Below are positions 11,331 through 24,957 of a stretch of DNA of 64,000 bases, piece by piece. Both the position numbers and the translations under genes were made by a program. Source of the stretch: Octopus sinensis (lineage: Eukaryota); the NCBI RefSeq assembly GCF_006345805.1, contig NC_043008.1, forward strand, positions 13,020,001 through 13,084,000, read 5' to 3'. Under the pieces are notes generated by a model. It saw only the letters and a list, made by a program, of their open reading frames with translations, searched no databases and had not been told where the DNA came from. The number at the start of each line of letters is the position of its first letter. Position 1 is the first letter of the stretch.

Positions 11331-11740
11331 GACGGCGAGCTGGCAGAATCGTTAGCAAAATGCTTAGCGGTATTTCGTCTGCCGCTACGTTCTGGGTTCA
11401 AATTCCGCCGAGGTCGACTTTGCATTTCATCCCTTCGGGGTCGATTAAATAAGTAGCAGTTACGCACTGGGGTCGATATAATCGACTTAATCCGTCTGTT
11501 TGTCCTTGTTTGTCTTCTCTATGTTTAGCCCCTTGTGGGTAGTAAAGAGATAGGTATTTCGTCTATCTTTACGTTGTGAGTTCAAATTCTGCCGAGGTCG
11601 ACTTTGCCTTTCATCCTTTCGGGGTCGATTAAATAAGTACCAGTTACGCACTGGGGACGATATAATCGACTTAATCCGTTTGTTTGTTCTTGTTTGTCCT
11701 CTCTATGTTTAGCCCCTTGTGGGTAGTAAAGAAATAGTTA
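11331..11740 (+). mobile_element. SINE family C with tandemly duplicated body (~177-bp unit)
   Basis: GGCGAGCTGGCAGAATCGTTAGC head; GTATTTCGTCT...GTGGGTAGTAAAGA(G/A)ATAG occurs twice. Confidence 0.88.
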
Positions 11741-12509
11741 TTTGAAATGATTGGATGGTCATACGAGAATGGATTCGATAGTAAGTGACCTCCATCACAA
11801 ACGACCATGGGCTAAACAAAAAGAATGATTTTAGCAGCTGCTGTAATATTCTCTAAAGTAGCCATCTTTATAGATGTCTGGAAGATTATTAGCATTTACT
11901 TCAGCAGCCTTGATATAATACAAATGTATCGTTAAAATACATAATACCCATAGACAAAACGGAGAAAGAGTCAAGAAAATTATATCGAACTTCTGATATG
12001 GAAATAAATCTAAGATTCCTCCGTGGAATGTATATCTGAGGAATTAGAAATAAATACCAATTTTATTTTCTATTCCTTCCAATTAGTTATTAATCCACGC
12101 ATCATTGCTCTATTAGTAGAACGAACTGGAATCATCTCGTGTTACACTCCCGGAATAATAGGTTTCTGAATACATGATATTCATTTATTCATTAGAAGAT
12201 GAAAGAAAAGATTAGAACGTACCTAATGTGAATTGGATGGGTGTTAAAAATGTTCTGCATTATCTTCTTCATTGCTTTCGTTAATACTTAGTCTTGGGAG
12301 GCACAGTTCTGCGAGACACACAGAAAAGAATACTATGCTTTAGACTAATTTAAGAGAGCTGCTCGGAGACTTACATTGTTTTCCGATATGTCCATCATCA
12401 ATTAATGTTCTTGATCCGAGTGGCGAATTAGGGCCTGACATCTACTGGGGGATTCAAAAGTCTCCATACATAGGAAATATTTATTTTTTATGAAAAAAAA
12501 GTTTATAAC

Positions 12510-12828
12510 ATCTCGCAGATCCCCTGATCCCCTGATCTGACCTGTCTTGATTTCTATCTTTGGGGGCATTTGAAAGGCATGGTGTATCGCAGAAAGATAA
12601 AAGACGTAAATCATTTGAAGCAACGCATCACAAACTCGTTTGCACACGTATCACCAGATATGCTATTACGAGTTCACAATGAATGGGGTTAACGTATTGC
12701 AATGCGTATTCAAAACAATGGTAACCATATACAGCTTGTTAAATAATAATAAAAAACTGTTCATATAAACTGTTTCTTATGAAAAGATAAATTGGTCCTA
12801 TGCATGGCGACTTTTGAATCACAGTATA
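12510..12828 (+). pseudogene. Tc1/mariner-superfamily transposase C-terminal remnant and probable right TIR
   Basis: Translates RSPDLTCLDFYLWGHLKGMVYRRKIKDVNHLKQRIT...RIQNNGNHIQLVK*, matching the WPPRSPDLTPLDFFLWG motif (rosa/DD41D-like); ends GACTTTTGAATCACAGTATA. Confidence 0.7.
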
Positions 12829-13189
12829 ACAGGTCTGCTGACTACATCTCAGTAATTTCATTTAAAATGGTGTGGTAGATGGCAGACAATAACACAATTT
12901 TTCCGGCTGGCGTCTAGTTGAAACGAGCCAAAAACTACAAGTGTTTGTCTGTGTGTGTGTGTGTGTGTGAGTGTGCGCGCGCGTATGTGTGTGTGCGTGT
13001 GTTCATGCGCTCTCATGATTCTTTGTGTGATTGTGTCATTTTACGTTGGTACATAATCGACACAAGAAAATAAGGTTTCTAACATACGTCATTACCGCTC
13101 TCATTCTCTCACTATCTAACACTAGATATACATATAATTTCGAAATATTAATGTTATAATTGTATACAATATACATATATATACATACA

Positions 13190-13269
<80 letters not shown>

Positions 13270-13634
13270 TGTATGTATGTATGTATGTATATATATATAT
13301 TGTATGTGAATGTTTAAACATGACTAAATGAAAGTTTACATCTATTTTGTTACTGGATATTCGTTTGTATACGACAATTCTTTCGAAATATCCACGTCTG
13401 TAATTTACACTGAAATTGATTTATATGTCTATGTTGCAGATTTTCGTCTTTATTTGTACATATTCCACGACAGAAATTGTCTAAGAAATAAAATAACTGT
13501 AAATGTGTTACGTTTTCCTTTTAGCCATTGTCTTGAACGTATAATATTAGTAATGTAAGTTTAGACACTTCTTTCAACGTATCTACTTAAACTTGTTAAA
13601 CTTCTGTTTTATTATAAATTATGCCATGATTTAT

Positions 13635-13704
<70 letters not shown>

Positions 13705-14161
13705 CATATATAAAGTCAGAATATGTTATATGGAGATATCTATTCGTATAAAATGAATACATAAAAAGATAATGAAATCTCTCTCTCAGAGATTCTCTCC
13801 CCTTGAGGGATGTTTCTTCCCCACTTCAATTTCTTACCAAACCCTATTTCTCCTTACCTCTTAAGCTGAAAACAGCGACATATAGCGCCAACAGCAACGG
13901 CAGTTACCAGTCCAACTTCACACCTGAATGTATATATATATATATATATATATATATGAGTAGTTGAATGAATTATCTTATTAAGGATAATTCGAAAGAT
14001 AACCGATACCTGGGTAGCAAATTCACATCAGAAAGAACACGGTTGAAGCTACGTCTCTAGGGCATAGACTACGTGTCTTCGTGCGGAAATTTGTATCTTT
14101 ATTTTAAAATTATAAGTATATGAAAGAATGGAGTTGAACGACTAGTTTACAAATATCCTTT

Positions 14162-14246
14162 ATTCTCGACATATGTTTCGAAGGGTGCATATTCCTAATT
14201 CCGAAGGAATAAGGAGTACATTATGCAAATTTCTCATCAGGAAGAT
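14162..14246 (-). ncRNA. Type I hammerhead ribozyme motif with intact core
   Basis: CUGAUGA (14240-14234); stem II GAA..UGCAUA..UAUGCA..UUC; GAAA; C-AUAU-G stem III; GUC cleavage triplet; stem I with one C-A mismatch. Confidence 0.7.
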
Positions 14247-14393
14247 CAAGGAACATATGTCGACATCAAAATGCACAAAAAATGTTTAGCTGACGTCACT
14301 CCTTATAAAGAGACACTCATTATCGCAATGGGCTCCTTGTGAGCGGTCAGCTAAAAGATTTTTGTGCATTTTGATGTCGACATAAGTTCCTTG

Positions 14394-14478
14394 ATTTTCC
14401 CGATGAGAAATCTGCATAATGTACTCCTTATTCCTTCGGAATTAGGAATATGCAGCCTTCGAAACATATGTCGAGAAT
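14394..14478 (+). ncRNA. Type I hammerhead ribozyme motif with U4C core variant
   Basis: CCGAUGA 14400-14406, GAAA 14461-14464, GUC 14470-14472, 6-bp stem I AUUUUC/GAGAAU. Confidence 0.6.
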
Positions 14479-14529
14479 AAAGGATATTTGTTAACTAGTC
14501 GTTCAACTCCATTCTTTCATATACTTATA

Positions 14530-14590
14530 TATATATATATGTATATATATATATTATATATATATATATATGTATATTATATGTATAATA

Positions 14591-14633
<43 letters not shown>

Positions 14634-14713
14634 CTATATATATATAATATATATATATATATGTATATATATTATATTATATATATATGTAATATATTAA
14701 TATATATATAATG

Positions 14714-14749
<36 letters not shown>

Positions 14750-14752
14750 TAG

Positions 14753-14789
<37 letters not shown>

Positions 14790-14868
14790 ATATATATAGT
14801 AATATATAGGTATTAATATTAATATATATATGTATATATATATGTATATAATATATAATATATATATG

Positions 14869-14919
<51 letters not shown>

Positions 14920-14921
14920 GG

Positions 14922-15003
<82 letters not shown>

Positions 15004-15016
15004 GTATATATATGTA

Positions 15017-15047
<31 letters not shown>

Positions 15048-15182
15048 ATATATATATATATATATATGTATAATATATATATATGTATATATTAATTTTA
15101 TATACATATGTATATATATATACATATGTATATATATATACATATGTATATATATATACGTATGTATATATATATACGTATG

Positions 15183-15215
<33 letters not shown>

Positions 15216-15248
15216 GATTATATATATATAGATGTATATATATATGTA

Positions 15249-15287
<39 letters not shown>

Positions 15288-15399
15288 TATATATGTATAT
15301 ATATATATATATGTATAGATATATAATATATATGTATAATATATATATGTATATATATACTATATGTATATATATATACATATGTATATATATATATAG

Positions 15400-15449
<50 letters not shown>

Positions 15450-15567
15450 GTATATATATATATATGTTAATATATACATATGTATATCTATATATACATA
15501 TGTATATATATATACATATGTATATATATATATACAATGTTATATATATATACATATGTATATATAT

Positions 15568-15614
<47 letters not shown>

Positions 15615-15717
15615 TACATATATATATTTATACAATATATATATATATGATATATGTATATATATGTATATATATATATATATATGTATATATATAATAT
15701 ATGTATATATATATATG

Positions 15718-15751
<34 letters not shown>

Positions 15752-15767
15752 TGATTATATATATATG

Positions 15768-15834
<67 letters not shown>

Positions 15835-15835
15835 G

Positions 15836-15866
<31 letters not shown>

Positions 15867-16058
15867 GTATATATATATATATGTATATATGTATATATAT
15901 ATGGTATATAATATATAATGTATATATATATATATATATGATATATATATATACTATATATATAGATGTATAATATAGTATATATATGTATATATATATG
16001 TATATATATAGTATATAGTAGTATATATATATGTATATATATATATGTATATATATAT

Positions 16059-16094
<36 letters not shown>

Positions 16095-16120
16095 TATAAT
16101 CTATATATATATATATTATG

Positions 16121-16172
<52 letters not shown>

Positions 16173-16328
16173 ATATATCTATGTATATATATATATATAT
16201 AATATATATATGTATATATATATATTATATTATAGATATATATATATATATATATTGTATATATTATATATATATATGTATATATATATATGTTATTATG
16301 TATATATATTATATGTATATATTGTTTA

Positions 16329-16367
<39 letters not shown>

Positions 16368-18373
16368 AATATATGTTATATATGTATATTATATATATAG
16401 TTATATATTGATATATATATGTATATATATATGTATATATATATGTATATATATTAATATTAGTATATATATATGTATGTATATATATATGTATATATAT
16501 ATGTAATATATATGTATATATAATATATGTATATATATATGTATATATATATATATGTATATATATATGTATATATATAATGTATATATAGATGTTGTAT
16601 ATATATATATAAGTATATATATGTATATATATATGTATATATGTATATATATATGTATATATATATATATGCATATATATATGTATATGTATATATTATG
16701 TATATAATGTATATATATATATCTGTATATATATGTATATATATATATGTATATATTATATATGTATATATATGTATGTATATGTATATCTATGTATAGG
16801 TATATATATGTATATGTATATATATGTATATGTATATATATGTATATGTATATATATGTATATATATGTATAGTATATATATATATATATGTATATAATA
16901 TATATGTATATGATAATATATATATATATTGATATAAATATGTATATGTATATATATATATATATGTATATGTATATATATATATATGTATGTATATGTA
17001 TATATATATATGTATGTATATGTATATATTATATATATGTATGTATATGTATATATATATGTATGTATATGTATATATATATATGTATGTATATGTATAT
17101 ATATATATATATGTATGTATATGTATATATATATATATGTATGTATATGTATATATATATATATATGTATGTATATGTATATATAGTATATGTATGTATA
17201 TGTATATATATATATATGTATGTATATGTTATATATATATATGTACGTATATGTATATATATATATTATATGTATATATAGTATATGTATATATATATAT
17301 ATGTATATATAGGTATATATATATATATGTATATGTATTATATATTATATGTATATATATGTATATGTATATATATATATATGTATATATAGGTTATATA
17401 TATATATATGTATATGTATATATTATATATATATGTATATATGTAATATATATATACGTATATATGTGTATATATGTATATATATGTGTATATATATGTA
17501 TATATATATATGTATATATGTGTATATATGTATATATAGTATATAATATATATGTATATATATATGTATATATATGTATATATATATATATGTATATATA
17601 TGTATATATATGTTATATATATATATGTATATATAGTATATATTATATATATATGTATATATTGTATATATATGTTATATATGTATATATATGTAGATAT
17701 GTATATATATGTATATATTATGTATATATATATGATATATATATAATGTATTATATATGTTATATATATATATGTAATATATGTATATATATGTATATAT
17801 ATTAGATATTGTATATATATGTATATATATGTATATATAATATGTATAATATGTATATATATATATATGATATATATGTTATATATATATGTATATATAG
17901 ATGTATATATATATGTATATATATTATATATATATGTATATATATGTATATATATATATGTATATATATGTATATATTATATATGTATAATATGTATATA
18001 TATATGTATATATATTGTATATATATATGTATATATATGTATATATATATATGTATATATATATATGTATATATATATGTATATTATATATATGTATTAT
18101 ATATATATGTATATATATATGTATATATATGTATATATATGTATATAATATTATATATGTATATATAGTATATATATATAATATATATGTATATATATAT
18201 ATATACAGAAATAGTGAGATAGATAGATAGAGAGACATTATTATATATTATATATTATATATATATAATATATATATATATATATGTATATTATATATAT
18301 ATATACAGAAATAGTGAGATAGTAGATAGATAGAGAGACAGAGACATTATTATATATTTATATTTATATATAC

Positions 18374-18420
<47 letters not shown>
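14530..18420. repeat. ~3.8-kb degenerate (TA)n array with TATG variants
   Basis: Direct reading; this array explains all Y/I/M-rich ORFs here. Confidence 0.97.
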
Positions 18421-18434
<14 letters not shown>

Positions 18435-18762
18435 CATATACAAACATACGTATGTATATATAATTACGTATATATGTATATAAATAAATAAATATATATA
18501 TGTATGCGCGTATTCATATGTGTATGAATATATATATAATGTATTTACAATAGATATATGTCTGTGTGTTTGTACTTGTGTTTGTGTGTGTATTTGTATA
18601 GACATTTATATCTATGTACAAATATGTACATTTGTGTATGCATGTGTGTGTGTGTGTGTGTTGTGTGTGTGGTGGAAGTTCTCATAGAAAAGAAATACAT
18701 CGATCTAAATTGAGGTAATGAAACTTCAAATAGTGAATTCATTAGACATATTTATATTTCAG

Positions 18763-18856
18763 GTAAAACTTCCCAAAATGCATCTCAGTTTGTTTACGTT
18801 GTAAGGATTCCCAAACAGCCATTAACTTTTGAATATACAACAGGAAACATTTTGAT
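18763..18856 (+). CDS. Candidate 94-nt internal exon, (G)KTSQNASQFVYVVRIPKQPLTFEYTTGNIL, product unknown
   Basis: TTATATTTCAG acceptor, GTAAGT donor, only one frame open. No homology recognised. Confidence 0.3.
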
Positions 18857-19971
18857 GTAAGTAAAGTGCCTGATATATTATACAATATCACCCATTTTTG
18901 ATCGGCTGGTTATTCAAAACTGTTTTAATTACAAATTTATAAATATGAGGATAAAATCGTTGAATGCGATATTCGTGTTCATACAGCAAATGGTTGATAT
19001 GTTTGGAACCTGTATCAGCATTATATTAGACTTACTGTCGTTCAAAATGTTCGGATTTTATAATATTTCACAAAGTATTTCGATTAGCTATGAATAAATT
19101 ATTTTGATAGAAATCCTATGAAATAATATATGTTCTCTAATCAGTAAAATTGACAGCCGGCGTTAATCTGATTATAAGGTTTATAAATATTACTGACAAG
19201 TGTTAATACCTTTCAAATTATGCTATGACCATGAATATGTCCCAAATAATTTCAATTCCAAACGTAATTTTCTTCGGCTCCAATAATATTGCTCTGTACT
19301 CGTTGTCAGAGCAGTAGCAAATTTCCAGTCAAAACTTATATGCATGTATATATATATATATATATATATATCTGTTCTTTCTTTCTTGGTCTGCCGTTGT
19401 CCGTGCAACATCGATATTCCTCCCTGTGTTCGCGGAACTTTGTATCACTGTCGTAAGGCTTCATTTCCACACACCCCAGTTTAATTTAATTCGTCCTTTG
19501 TCGAAAGACACCTGATGTTATGTCTTGTTATTATTTTTATTGTATTTCTGTAACATTACCTGTTTTTTGCACCCTTGTTTTTGTATACATTCGCTGCTTT
19601 CTTCCAAGGAATCTAATCCTCTTAGCTTACTTTTCCCTCGAGGCTGGCGAGATTGGAGCAATCTCAAGTATAATCAGCCGAATTTGCGAAGATAATCTGG
19701 TACTTGACTGAGGAAAGAAAACTTTGTATCGTCTATCTGGATGTTTTGTTGTCCCTTTTTTTATATCAACTAACTGTCTGGATGTTTTGCTTTTTTGTCC
19801 CATTTTGTATTTTATATATATATTTATATATGTGTATGTGTGTGTGGACAGTTTGATTCATTTACGTTGCCGTTCATAATTTCAATTTGAGCCATTGTGA
19901 ATATGAAATACATTCAAACATATACATATTACTGAATTGCAATACGCAATACACTGAGAAACTAGGGACAT

Positions 19972-20318
19972 ACACTTTTACTTGTTTCAGCAAATCGACC
20001 CCGGAACTTATTCTTTGTAAGCCCAGTACTTACTCTATCGGTCGCTTTTGCCGAACCGCTAAGTTACGGAGACCTAAACACACATGCATCGGTTGTCAAG
20101 CGATTTTGGGGTGACAAACACAGACACAAACACACACACACACACACATATATACGACGGGCTTCTTTTAGTTTCCGTGTATCAAATCCACCAACAAGGC
20201 TTTGGTCGGTCTGAGACTGTAGTAGAAGACACATGCCCAAGGTGCCACGCAGTGGGACTGAAACCAGAACCATGTGGTTGGTACGCAAGCTACTTACCAC
20301 ACACCCAATCCTACGCCT
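19972..20318 (-). mobile_element. SINE family A
   Basis: Reverse complement of the family A body and head, with an internal deletion near the 3' end. Confidence 0.85.
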
Positions 20319-20948
20319 ATACTGAAATAATTTAGAAGGTTGTATAAACAGCAATGAAACGTTAGGTAAATATTGTGAGATAATGTGATATGGTAAATTC
20401 TACCATTGCAAAATAACGTTATGCCATGTACTAATTGGGTATTCGATATAATTATAATTAATCGTCTCCCTAATTTCTCTACCAAAAGTTGGCATTAAAT
20501 TTTGATACGAGGGCAGCAATTAAGAGGAGAGTGCGTATCCATTACATACACACCTGTGCTCAACTGGTACTTATTCTAATGATCCTCGGAATGGATACTA
20601 GCGGAAATATTTACCCGCATCCTATATTTGCTTATTCGCTTCCAAACAAACCTTTTTATAGAATATATTAAATAAAATATCTTAATCATCTGACTGCTAT
20701 TGAGGGAAGTTGCGTGCAGCTACCTAATCGGGTGCAACGGGTTTTATTGGATTCTCAGAAAATTCCTTTTAAGGTAAAATATGATTTACTGTTCGCGTTT
20801 ATGAAATAGATTCTACCAGGTAAATTCAACATTTAATATCTTACGCGTTCGAAATAACTGTTCGACCATAAGGAAAATAAATTACGAAATTTGTGCCACA
20901 GAAAAAATAAAATATGATACATACGATAATTAAAACACTACATTTAAT

Positions 20949-21014
20949 ATATGCGAGTTGGCTGAAAATACCTTCAAAGACCGATTTAGCCGACATCAAC
21001 ATACTTTTAGAAAG
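20949..21014 (+). pseudogene. Possible Penelope-like GIY-YIG endonuclease remnant
   Basis: ICELAENTFKDRFSRHQHTFR resembles the YxGxTExxFKxRYxxHxxSF motif; short and degenerate. Confidence 0.35.
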
Positions 21015-21130
21015 TTAATTCCTATCCTGTTTGTCGAACGGTTTTAACAAATGACAGTTTTAGAATATACATTCTTATCGAGGAGACAGAACATTCTAAA
21101 TCATAAATATATATATATATATGGTGTATC

Positions 21131-22030
21131 ATGAAGTACTGTTTCGTCGAAACGAACTCCGGGAGAAAACAACAACTTTCAGATAGGGACCATCGGACTC
21201 TTACGCGAATTGTTAGAAAGGATCACAAAAGTACAGCTCCTAAAATTACTGCAGAGCTTAATGACCACCTCGGGAACCACGTTTCCACAAAAATTGTTCA
21301 CCGGGAGCTGTACAAAGCCGGATTTCACGGGAGAGATGCAATAAAAAGATCACTACTTTCAAAATAAACTTTGCAAAGCCTTGACTGTGGAGTAAAAAAC
21401 CTAGAGAATTGGTCCCTAGAGCAGTGGAATAATGTTATTTTCTCGGACGATCCTTTACGTTATTTCTGACTACCGGCCGAATATGCGTGTGGACACAGGC
21501 AAAAGAAGCATTTAACCCAGACTGCCTTCTTCCAACTGTTAAACATGGAGGAGGATCTGTGATGATCTTGGAAATCCGCCGGCCCAATGGTTTCCCTTAG
21601 TGGTAGAATTAATAGTCAAGGGTATTTAAGCATTTTATCTGATCAAATTCATTCTATAGTTGCGGAGCTGTTTCTGGAGGGAAATGCAATCTTTCAGGAT
21701 GATAATGCACCAATTCACACAGCTAAAGTTGTTATTGAATAGCACGAGGAACATTTCAGTGAAGTTGAACATCTTGTCTGGCCACCACAGTCCCCAGATC
21801 TCAATATTTTTGAAGCATTTAAGGAGTAGATATCCTCCATCATCACTACAAGAACTAAAGGCTGTTGTACCTGAAGAATGAGCAAAACCACCATAGGAAA
21901 CAATTCAAAACTTGTATGTGTCCATGCCTCGTAGAACTGAAGGTGTGATCATTGCCAATGGTGGTCCTACCCCATATTAAAATAAATTTGCTTGAAATTT
22001 TAATTGTGTCTTCATTATTTTGCTGGCTGT
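21131..22030 (+). pseudogene. Tc1-like (DD34E) transposase, degenerate
   Basis: Across frameshifts: SGRKQQLSDRDHRTLTRIVRKDHKSTAPKIT, WNNVIFSD, PTVKHGGGSVMI, FQDDNAPIHTAK, WPPQSPDLNIFE, SMPRR..ANGGPTPY*. Confidence 0.92.
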
Positions 22031-24484
22031 AGCGTATGATTGAACCATGAATAATATAATATATATAGCTCAAACATTCCTTATACTTATAGGAAGTTGA
22101 AACACTCACTCTTTTTCAGGACTTTTTTATTTCCAACACTCAACGGAAAAAGTATTTTAGACACGTTGTAAACAAACTCTCAGAAGAAGAATTTGAGACA
22201 AGCTATATCATTCAATGACATCTCCTTCATAAACAATCGATACTTAATTAGTGGCCACTGGAGCATCTTAAAATGTGCTCTATCGTCTGCCACTGCAGTG
22301 GCTATAAACCCTGTAAAATAGATCGTATCATATCAAGTAATTAACAGCTAATTAACAATCCCGCCAACAATCCTACATGAGAGGTATCTTTTTTCACCAA
22401 GTCATTAGTCACTGTCGTAACGCACACACTCACATATACACTCACATATGCTCGTAAGCACACAAACACAAATACGCATACACACACATACACATACAGA
22501 CATAAACACATTCAAACTAAGGTACACATATACTCACATCTTGAATTAAACAGATCTAGTAACGGATCTGCTCTGAGTACGTCTCTGTGAAATGTAATAT
22601 AGTTGTATGCTGTGAGACCAACTGTAGATTATAAATGTGCAGAAGAATATTCCATTCCTTGTTTACTTAATTAAAAATTTATCAAAATAATACGTAAAAC
22701 GTAGTATGACACATTTTTAGCATATATTTCCATTATATATTCATATTTACAAAATTAGAGAAAGAAAAAGCTAACATAACAGACGACATGCGTTTTAAAA
22801 GCTGTAGCGACGTTTTCACAAACTAATTGCTTTAGATATCATAGTACAATAGCCTTAATTATTAAAACACGACAGAAAAACACAATTAGCTTTGTGTTAA
22901 GATATTTTGTTCATAGAATATTTAAACTTTAAATCGGAATGGTTACTCGGCAAGACAAAAAGCAATATTAGTCAATAAATGTTATTTTTCCTTTTTTTTT
23001 TTTTGGTTAGTGCACGGGGGAATACTCCGTACAACATTTCAAATTATTACTTACGGTCCTACTGTCACGAATATTTATTTTCTATAATCCTTGAAGGATT
23101 GAAAAGTATTATTTCTACTCGTACAGTGTCTATTGTTTTAACTGTTCTCTGAAAATGTCTTTATTTCCACGTAAATTAACATAAATTATCATAAAGTATC
23201 ATAAATTGGTCATTTCTTCAGAGAATACGTCTACCTTGTTTTGTCTTGTTCGGAGGTATTATAATTAAGTTAAAAAGCTAGAATTATAACGGAATATTCT
23301 GACTTGTCCTAACTCAGCCTCTAAACATATCCCACACTCTTCACGTGGAAAAGTCACATTATATTTTAGAACCTGATGCACCTCTTAAGTAACAGGATGG
23401 TCACCTGTAGAGTGTCCTTAATCATAGGCCTGTTCCTTCGAATGATCTGGAGCACAACTAAATTCTCGTGTTTCATTCGGCCATTTTCTTTTGTAAGCAA
23501 CATTCAGCGTATTCTATATTTTACCATTTCTAAATTTCGATAACATTTTCAACATTATAATGAGCTTTTATAAGACACAAATGGAACAAGTCTGCCAGGT
23601 TTTGTGGCGACGCAAGCTGTCGATTTAGATAATGTTTTCTTCTTTAAAAAACAATCAGTGTATCTCGTTAAATTTCCAATATGATTACACGCGATATTTG
23701 ATTGAAATAATCACTTAGTGGACTGCTTAGATTTGAGAGGCTTTTTTTTTCTCGCGAAATAATGATAGATCATGGCGTTCTTTCATTACATGCTTTATAA
23801 TAAGTTATGATATTGCAATTTGGGATGCAGAGAGATTACAGAGAGCCTGATGGATAAAAGACAATGGAGAAAAAAGTAATCAAAAATTAATCAACGAAAT
23901 AAAGGCTTTAATGATTCAATTTATGCTAAAATGATCAGAAGGATTCATGGATTTTATTACATACATCAAAACAGTGAATTAATGAGGACTTCATTATTTT
24001 ATCACATCTGCGTTTAAATACAGTAGTTTTTGCATGCATAAACTGATTTTCCGACATGTTATAATAATTCTTCGCGAGGAAATAACGTAGTTATTTTGTA
24101 TTAAAAAAATACCCTGTAGCTATGTGAATAATGACGGCTACGTGAAGTTCTTTTGAACGACATATTTGAAAAGCCTCAGAAAGTAGTTGCACATGCGCAT
24201 GGAGCTATCCCCTTTCTCCATTAACCCAATCTCATCAGTATCGTCGTTATTACATTTAGTATTGGCTTTGGGAACACGTGCAAAATAAAACTCTTCAAAC
24301 GCTATTAATTGTTCTATTGTGCAATCCATTAAAAGGACGAATACGCCGCTTACCTCACCATGACCATTCCAGTTAATATTATAGTTTGTTGCTGTTGTTG
24401 CTGCTGTTCAACACTTGGTAGTTTCAGGCAAATTTCCACTTCATCATCTCCTACACCTCCGTTCCGTGTTGCTGGTATGTGTGC

Positions 24485-24597
24485 TCTTATTATTATTATT
24501 ATCATCATCATCTATACTATTATTATTATTTTTATCATTATTACTATTATTATTTTTATTATTATTATCATTATTATTATTACTATTATCATTATTA

Positions 24598-24646
<49 letters not shown>
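24485..24646. repeat. (TTA)n microsatellite
   Basis: Direct reading. Confidence 0.95.
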
Positions 24647-24876
24647 TAACATTCCCTACATGTTGATGGTAGTATCATTAATGTGTTAGCTAATGATTTC
24701 CCCAGAATTCTTTTTTCAGCTTTTTTTACAAGTTTCGAGAACTTTGCGAAAACTATTTGTCACTGCGCAGTAATGCTGTCTTCTGGATATTTTTTCTATT
24801 TTCAGTTTCATTTCCGTAATTTTGAACCAATGTTTCAAATCTTTCATTGCTTCGTGTATGTCACACACCAACAATT

Positions 24877-24957
24877 ATTGGAACAATACACACGTTTCCC
24901 ATTGGAACAATATACACATTTCCCATTGGAACATTATACATTTGCACTATTGAACAC
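24877..24957. repeat. 24-bp minisatellite, ~3.3 units
   Basis: ATTGGAACAATA(C/T)ACAC(G/A)TTTCCC at 24877 and 24901, with diverged units at 24925 and 24949. Confidence 0.85.

Larger units (their letters stand above)
14111..14529. mobile_element. Foldback element: 184-bp inverted arms with 51-bp spacer, probably Penelope-like pseudo-LTR derived
   Basis: 14111-14294 is the near-perfect reverse complement of 14346-14529; each arm carries a hammerhead motif. Confidence 0.85.

Noticed and set aside
14488-18605. Long Y/I/M-rich ORFs up to 292 aa
   Set aside because: Translations of (TA)n/(TATG)n arrays; the same applies to similar ORFs at 39-41.7 kb, 45 kb and 62.5 kb.
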